Positions 58,246 to 64,000 of a DNA stretch of 64,000 nt are shown here, piece after piece (position 1 is the stretch's first letter; each line of letters starts with the position of its first letter). A model generated the notes under the pieces. It did not search any database. It was not told the origin of the DNA and saw only the letters and a list, made by a program, of their open reading frames with translations. This DNA comes from Candidatus Iainarchaeum sp. Its GTDB lineage: Archaea > Iainarchaeota > Iainarchaeia > Iainarchaeales > JAAZKV01. The position numbers were made by a program, and so were the translations under genes. The stretch spans positions 3,355 through 67,354 of the forward strand of contig JAAZKV010000007.1 in assembly GCA_012799645.1 (NCBI GenBank), written 5' to 3'.

Positions 58246-58471
58246 TTAAAAGCGCCTCAGTGTGCTTTGCCATAGAGTCATTAATTTTGTTCAAAATTGG
58301 TTTAAGGTCCTTTTCAGATAAATTAAGTTTGTTCGCTAATTTTTCAGCTTCTTCAAAATCATCTAACTTTTGTTCAATTAAATTCCTAATCACATTAGAC
58401 CACTTTATCCCCGTATGTTTATCCATCCTTGCTTTAGTTTCAGCAGGAATTGAAAGAGTCACATTCACCAT
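58229..58471 (-). CDS. Ribbon-helix-helix-type antitoxin (VapB-like)
   Basis: N-terminal beta strand VNVTLSIP followed by two helices. Overlaps the PIN gene by 17 nt. Confidence 0.55.
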   Translation of the reverse strand: MVNVTLSIPAETKARMDKHTGIKWSNVIRNLIEQKLDDFEEAEKLANKLNLSEKDLKPILNKINDSMAKHTEALLNESNC

Positions 58472-58832
58472 AACAACACCACATAATAATTATGTGCACA
58501 CACATATTTAATACTTTTGTTTAATATTGTTTTGTGTCTCAATTTATTGTAGCCCCACAAAGTTATTTAAATATTAAATTATTTAAATATTAAATTATTA
58601 ATTTAAAATCCATAAAATCAGCTCGCACTAATAAAAAAGTTTAGCTTCTTTTATAACCAAATTTTTTTTCACAATCTTTCTTGATTCATCGCATCACTAA
58701 ACCTTGTTTTTTTATTTTTTCAATAAATTCTGGATCCCAAACCAAATTCAAATTTAGTAACACAAAACCCAAACATATTCACAAATAAATTCGCGCATAT
58801 GAACACGCTTGTTCACTAACTTTAAAAACAAC

Positions 58833-58900
58833 GCCTCAGAGTTGGATTAAATCGTCATCACCAATTGCTTGGTTCAGAAGGGATTTACTTCATCACAGGC
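58833..58900 (-). ncRNA. Candidate C/D-box sRNA (2'-O-methylation guide)
   Basis: Minus strand reads gcc-u-GUGAUGA-12 nt-CUGA-12 nt-GUGAUGA-15 nt-CUGA-ggc. This gives C, D', C' and D boxes in order with a 3-bp terminal stem, in a locally GC-richer patch of an otherwise non-coding 440-bp region. Confidence 0.5.
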
Positions 58901-58953
58901 TAATAGAATTGTGTTTGTTTAAGTTTTTAAATAAAGCGAGTGCTAATATTATT

Positions 58954-59838
58954 ATGAATAACATTGTTGCTGTTGTTTTTGCCTACAATGAAGCAAAGCA
59001 CTTACCTAGAACTTTACAAATATTAAATAAACAAAAAAACGAAGGAAGAATAAATAAAATAGTTGTTGTTAATGATGGAAGCACTGATGGAACAAAAAGA
59101 ATTGCATTACAAAATGGAGCTATTGTTGTGTCACACCCACAAAATTTAGGAAAACGTGCTAGTTTTATTACAGGAGCAAATAAAGCCAGAACACTCGGAG
59201 CAGACATAATGCTAAACTTTGATGCGGATTTGGTTCATTTACCAACAAAAACCCTAACAGAAATGGTTAATGGAATTAGAAACGGAAAAGACATGATGAT
59301 CGCTCAACAAATGGAAAAAAATTTCATTGGAGAAAAAACAAAAGATAATAAAATTAAAGAAAGGAATTTTAGGAAAACACTTATGCAAAGATCAAATGCT
59401 CAAAGGGCAATAAAAATGAGTGCATTAGCCCCACTATTTAATGGAAACAAAAAATGGTTACGTTTCCTTAGTGCTCCAGTAAAAGGAAGAATTGCAGCAC
59501 TAGAAGTATTGATACAAACGAATCCTGAAATGGTTAAAAAAATCAATGCACAAAAAAACAAATGGGAACTTGAAGCAGCACTTGATATTTTGATTAGAAA
59601 ACAAAAATTCACTGAAGGAAAAGTATACACTGAAGCTGCTTTTAAAAAAGAAAAGAAACGCCACAAAATTGGTGTTCTAGAAGATGCTCAAACAATTGCT
59701 GCTAATAAAATGAAAAGGACACAAGAAGCACGAAATAGATTAGCAAGAATGAAAAGAAACAAAAGAATGAGAGAAAGAATCAAACAACAAAAAGTAGTAC
59801 AAACAAAAATCAAACAACAAAACTTGAGAAGAAAATAA
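58954..59838 (+). CDS. Family 2 glycosyltransferase with a long K/R-rich C-terminal region
   Basis: VAVVFAYNEAKHL, VVVNDGSTDGT, FDADL (DxD). Confidence 0.7.
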   Translation: MNNIVAVVFAYNEAKHLPRTLQILNKQKNEGRINKIVVVNDGSTDGTKRIALQNGAIVVSHPQNLGKRASFITGANKARTLGADIMLNFDADLVHLPTKTLTEMVNGIRNGKDMMIAQQMEKNFIGEKTKDNKIKERNFRKTLMQRSNAQRAIKMSALAPLFNGNKKWLRFLSAPVKGRIAALEVLIQTNPEMVKKINAQKNKWELEAALDILIRKQKFTEGKVYTEAAFKKEKKRHKIGVLEDAQTIAANKMKRTQEARNRLARMKRNKRMRERIKQQKVVQTKIKQQNLRRK

Positions 59839-60055
59839 CTTCAAAATTTATTTCATTTTTATTTTGTTTTATTTTTATTTTAATTTAGTTCATTTTATTT
59901 TCTTTGTTTGGTTTTATTTTAATTTATTTTTAGTTTTAATTTATTTTTATTTTAATTTATTCCATTCAATTTTATTTCATTTTACCCAATTTCATTTTGT
60001 TTTATTTTGCTTTTCTTCATTTCATTTTATTTTATTTCATTTTGTTTTATTTCAT

Positions 60056-61570
60056 TTATTTTTTCATCATTTCATTAATAGTGTTTTTTAGTTCGTTTAT
60101 TTTTACTCTTATTTGTTTTAGTGAATCTCTTTCTCTTATTGTAACAGAGTTGTCTTTTAGTGAATCGTGATCAATTGTTATACAAAATGGTACTCCTATT
60201 GCGTCAAGTCGAGAGTATCTTTTTCCAATGCTTCCTGATTCATCATAATAACACTTAAAATCATCAAGCACTTCTAACACTTCTTTTGCTTTTTCTGGCA
60301 ACCCATCTTTTTTTAGTAATGGAAATACTCCTATTTGGATTGGAGCAATGTGGTTTGGGAGAGAAAGTACTGTTCGTTGCGCATCAACTTCTCTTCTAAA
60401 AAAAGCAAGATCAAGAATTGCGTAAAATGGTCTATCTACTCCGAACGCGATTTCAATAACATCAGGAGTAAACACTCCCCCATTTTCTGTTCTCACTGTT
60501 AGTTCTTGTTTAGAGTATTTTGAGTGTTGTGAAAGATCATAATTTGTTCTATCACTTACTCCAACCATTTCCACCCACCCGAAAGAATTCAACTCAACTT
60601 CAAGATCCCAAGTATCATCACTATAAAATGCTTTTTCATCACTATGGTGTTGTCTGAACCTTATTTTTTCAACAGGAATTCCAAGAGCGGTAATTATTTG
60701 AAAACTTAACCATAAGTTCCAAGCATAAGCTTTGTTTTTTAAAAATTTTTTGTCCAAAGCTTTTGTGAGTGAAATCATTTCCCACTTTTTTTTGGATTTT
60801 TGCATTTCTTCAGTCCATAAAGGAAGTTCATCATTTTGTACATCACTAAACCACTCAAAATTTGTTTTCATTTCTTTACTCAAAAACATTTGTGATTCCG
60901 CTTGAGTGAATTCTCTTTGTCTCAACAAGTGTTGTCTTGGAGAAATTTCATTTCTAAACGCTTTTCCTATTTGGAAAACAGTGAAAGGCAATTTTCCTCT
61001 AAAAAAATTAACATAATGTTTAAAAGGTAAATAAGTTGTTGTAGCAGTTTCTGGTCTATTATACGCAACAGTATCAGAACCAATAATTGTTTTCAACATC
61101 AAACTTTGTCTTTTAATTTCAAGAACAAATCTTCCTTTACAAGAAGGGCACAAAATTTCGTTTTCTTTTATTGCACTAACTAATTCCGCATCCTTGAAGT
61201 GATCCGCTGCTACCCCTATTGATTCTTCAATTAATTTATCCGCTCTAAAAGAACCCTTACATTTTGAACAACTAATTATTGGATCATTAAATCCTTTCAA
61301 GTGTCCGCTCGCTTCCCAAATAATTTCAGGACAAATCAACGGATATTCCACTTCAAAAAAACCATTTTTTGTGAAAACCTTTCTAATCACATTTTCTAAA
61401 TTATTTTTCATTGCTTTTCCATTCAATCCATAAGAATAAAATCCTGCAATCGGGCCGTAAAGTTCTGGTTCAGGACCATAGACAAAATCTTTTTCGCTCA
61501 AATATTTTGCGAGATCAAGTTGGAAATTTTTTTTCAAAACAAGCTCTTTGCCATCTTTTTTTTCAACCAT
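60056..61570 (-). CDS. glyS: Glycyl-tRNA synthetase (alpha2 archaeal/eukaryotic type)
   Basis: YGPIAGFYSYGLNG, FRNEISPRQHLLRQREFTQAE, IAFGVDRP, C-terminal anticodon-binding domain. Confidence 0.9.
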   Translation of the reverse strand: MVEKKDGKELVLKKNFQLDLAKYLSEKDFVYGPEPELYGPIAGFYSYGLNGKAMKNNLENVIRKVFTKNGFFEVEYPLICPEIIWEASGHLKGFNDPIISCSKCKGSFRADKLIEESIGVAADHFKDAELVSAIKENEILCPSCKGRFVLEIKRQSLMLKTIIGSDTVAYNRPETATTTYLPFKHYVNFFRGKLPFTVFQIGKAFRNEISPRQHLLRQREFTQAESQMFLSKEMKTNFEWFSDVQNDELPLWTEEMQKSKKKWEMISLTKALDKKFLKNKAYAWNLWLSFQIITALGIPVEKIRFRQHHSDEKAFYSDDTWDLEVELNSFGWVEMVGVSDRTNYDLSQHSKYSKQELTVRTENGGVFTPDVIEIAFGVDRPFYAILDLAFFRREVDAQRTVLSLPNHIAPIQIGVFPLLKKDGLPEKAKEVLEVLDDFKCYYDESGSIGKRYSRLDAIGVPFCITIDHDSLKDNSVTIRERDSLKQIRVKINELKNTINEMMKK

Positions 61571-61824
61571 AAAAATCAATCACAAAAAAATTAATTTTAT
61601 ACACACAACACTAATAACAAAAACAAAATTAATAACAAAAACAACAATAAGATTGAATTAGGAAAGGAATAAAAACCAAAGTATTAGTGTTCCAAAAATT
61701 ATTTCACCCAATTTATTTATTCCACTCATTCCATTTATTTTCTTTACCATATTTACTTTATTTACCCTATTTATTTTATTCACCCTGTTTATTTTATTCA
61801 CTCTATTTATTTTATTTATTCTGT

Positions 61825-62538
61825 TTATCTTTCTTTTATTAAATAATTTCTTGCGAGCTGGGTTTGTAAATGGTTCAAAACGTTTGCTTTTTTTCTTGCA
61901 AGAACATTTGTTCTTCCTTTTTTTATTTCTTTTCTAAACTCTTCTTCGTTTTTCGCATTAATTTCTGTCAAACCATTCCCTATTTCTTCAGGAGTGTGAG
62001 CATCACTCACCCCCAAAGCAGAAATTTTTTTTTCTTTACTAATTTTTTCAAAAAATTTTTCAGAATTTTTATTCAAACCTGAATAATATGCTCGTGCGTT
62101 ATAAATTTCCATCATATCAAATTTTTTCCACTCATTTTTGAATTCTTTAAAATTTTTTCTCGGCCAATCAAAAGGGTGTGGGCAAGAAAGTAATGCATCT
62201 TGTTCTTTCACACTATCCACTATTTCGAAAAAAGTTGATGGTAAAATTGGTTCGTTCAAAAAATAAACAACTACTTCTCCTACACAGTTTTGTTTACCAA
62301 AAATATTTTTGTTTTGTCCTAAAACTTTTATTTCTTCTCCTGGAATCAAAAAAACTTTGTGTTCTTTTGCTAATTTTTTTATATTATTATCAGGTGTTTT
62401 TGTTTTGTATGCTCCCATATTGTTGTGGTCAGTGAGAGAAAACCCCCAATTGTTTTTTTTACAAACTTTAACTATTGTTTTTGGTTTGGTTAATGCATCA
62501 ACACTGAACCTTGAATGTAAGTGCAAATCAAACAACAT
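61825..62538 (-). CDS. PHP domain metal-dependent phosphoesterase
   Basis: MLFDLHLHSRFSVDA, LTDHN, GVSDAH. Confidence 0.7.
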   Translation of the reverse strand: MLFDLHLHSRFSVDALTKPKTIVKVCKKNNWGFSLTDHNNMGAYKTKTPDNNIKKLAKEHKVFLIPGEEIKVLGQNKNIFGKQNCVGEVVVYFLNEPILPSTFFEIVDSVKEQDALLSCPHPFDWPRKNFKEFKNEWKKFDMMEIYNARAYYSGLNKNSEKFFEKISKEKKISALGVSDAHTPEEIGNGLTEINAKNEEEFRKEIKKGRTNVLARKKANVLNHLQTQLARNYLIKER

Positions 62539-62588
62539 TTTAACAACTCTTAAATTGTACAAATTTACAAATTTATGGTTAGAAAAAG

Positions 62589-62598
62589 CATTTAAAGA
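62589..62598 (+). promoter_or_regulatory. TATA box (catttaaaga) for the cysteine desulfurase gene, at leaderless-type spacing
   Basis: Centred about 26 nt upstream of the ATG at 62620. Confidence 0.4.
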
Positions 62599-62619
62599 GC
62601 TTTTCTTCTTAATTTAGTT

Positions 62620-63840
62620 ATGGATTTGGCTAGCACTAGAAAGGATTTTCCAATATTAAATAAAAAAATTGAAGGAAAAATTGTCACTTATTTTGATAAT
62701 GCTGCAACTTCACTAAAACCAATTCAGGTAGTGGATGCTGAAAAAAAATATTACGAAACTGAATGCGCTAATGTTCATAGAGGACTTCACTTGTTGAGTG
62801 AAAGTGCTTCAAGAGTGTACGAACAAAGTCACGAGGTTGTTGCAAAATTTGTTGGAGCAAAAAAAGAAGAGGTTTGTTTTGTAAAAAACACTACTGAAGG
62901 ACTAAATTTAGTGATGTACTCTTTACTCAACTCTAATTATTTCAAAAAAGGAGACAAAATTGTTATCTCTGCTCTTGAACATCACAGCAATATTGTTCCT
63001 TGGCAATATTTGTCAAAAAAAATTGGGACAAAACTAGAGTTTGTTGAACTCACTGATAATTTTGAAATTGATATGAATGATTTTGAAAAAAAAGTGGAAG
63101 GAGCAAAACTTGTTTCTTTTAGTGGAGCAAGCAATACAGTGGCAACAATCCCTGATATTAGAGCAATTGAAAAAAAAGCTCACAAAGAAGGAGCATTATT
63201 TTGTGTGGATGGGGCACAAATGGTTCCTCACAAAAAAATTAATTTTAGAGAAATGAATGCTGATTTTTTTGCTTTTTCTGGACACAAAATGCTTGCTCCA
63301 ACAGGAACAGGAGCACTTGTAGCAAAAAAAGAATTATTGCAAAAACTAGAACCTTTCCTTTTTGGAGGAGATATGATAATGGAAGTGAAACGAGAGTCAT
63401 CTTCTTGGAATGAACTTCCTTACAAATACGAGGCAGGAACCCCTAATATTGCGGGAGCGTATGGAATGATTGAAGCAATTAAATACTTGGAAAAAATAGG
63501 GTTGAATAATATTGAAAAACACGAACAAGTATTGACAAAACAAACACTTGATCTCCTACACGAAATGAAAGAAATTGAAGTATTTTGTCCAAAAGATGTA
63601 AAAAAACAAGGAGGAATAGTGTTATTTGGGTCAAAAAAAATGAGTTCGCACGATATTGCTATGGCTTTAAGCGAAAACGAAGGGGTTTGTATACGATCAG
63701 GAATGCATTGTGCAGAACCATTAGTGTCTTCTTTAAACAAAGATGGACTCGCAAGAGCAAGTTTTTACTTTTATAACACTAGTGAAGAAGTTGAAAAATT
63801 TGTTAAAGCACTAAAAGAAGTAATTAGCATTTTTGGATAA
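62620..63840 (+). CDS. sufS: Cysteine desulfurase, SufS-like (class V aminotransferase)
   Basis: YFDNAATS, NVHRG, EHHSN, FSGHKMLAPTGTG (PLP lysine), RSGMHCAEP (catalytic Cys). Confidence 0.9.
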   Translation: MDLASTRKDFPILNKKIEGKIVTYFDNAATSLKPIQVVDAEKKYYETECANVHRGLHLLSESASRVYEQSHEVVAKFVGAKKEEVCFVKNTTEGLNLVMYSLLNSNYFKKGDKIVISALEHHSNIVPWQYLSKKIGTKLEFVELTDNFEIDMNDFEKKVEGAKLVSFSGASNTVATIPDIRAIEKKAHKEGALFCVDGAQMVPHKKINFREMNADFFAFSGHKMLAPTGTGALVAKKELLQKLEPFLFGGDMIMEVKRESSSWNELPYKYEAGTPNIAGAYGMIEAIKYLEKIGLNNIEKHEQVLTKQTLDLLHEMKEIEVFCPKDVKKQGGIVLFGSKKMSSHDIAMALSENEGVCIRSGMHCAEPLVSSLNKDGLARASFYFYNTSEEVEKFVKALKEVISIFG

Positions 63841-64000
63841 AAATGAATAAAAAAAACTATTAAAAAATAAAACAAAATTATTAAAAAAAAACAAAATTGT
63901 GAAAAAAACAAAAAACTTATTAAAAAAACAAAAAAAAACTATTAAAAAAAAACAAAATTGTGAAAAAAAAACAAAAAAATTTATTAAAATAAAAAAATTA

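Noticed and set aside
57087-58471. NTase-fold gene plus the PIN/RHH pair considered as a single three-gene defence or toxin-antitoxin system
   Set aside because: The NTase gene is separated from PIN by 148 bp that contains its own TATA box and palindrome. No HEPN partner is present, and PIN/RHH alone forms a complete, ordinary type II TA module.

Overview
The window is strongly AT-rich and gene-dense, and reads as part of a small archaeal genome, most likely DPANN-like. That placement is inferred from gene content only. The archaeal information-processing genes are TFB, an HMf-type histone, Hef helicase/nuclease, ribosomal protein S8e, NucS/EndoMS, Pus10, RNase HII, ScpB and an alpha2-type GlyRS. 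Bacterial-looking genes sit beside them: a contiguous uvrA-uvrC-uvrB block, a long bacterial-type AspRS, and RimK-family ligases. I support about 55 CDS, 3 tRNAs (Asn-GUU, Ser-GCU, and Leu-CAA with a 72-nt intron), one C/D-box sRNA candidate, a few hairpin terminators and TATA boxes, and many short tandem repeats that are each private to one intergenic spacer. Many starts are preceded by GGTGA at a 4-6 nt spacing, and I used this to re-place several starts from the ORF track. The most interesting region is 16.2-22.5 kb. It is a divergent island with two RimK/LysX-type ATP-grasp ligases, a DUF1704 (MATCAP-like) HExxH metallopeptidase, an M29 aminopeptidase, a retropepsin-like protease and a GNAT. 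A 73-aa LysW-like zinc ribbon with a long acidic, Tyr-containing C-terminal tail lies at its edge, and no LysZ/Y/J/K enzymes are present. I read it as a possible protein C-terminal tail ligation and trimming module. A second theme is enzymes with substitutions at textbook catalytic residues. These are a form-III-like RuBisCO with Gly at the carbamylated-Lys position, a DapA-family protein without the Schiff-base Lys, an S51 peptidase with Gly for the nucleophile Ser, a HAD-like protein with ExE for DxD, and a TrkA with a degenerate GxGxxG. All homology calls come from motif recognition by eye and from remembered family signatures. No database search or computed alignment was possible.
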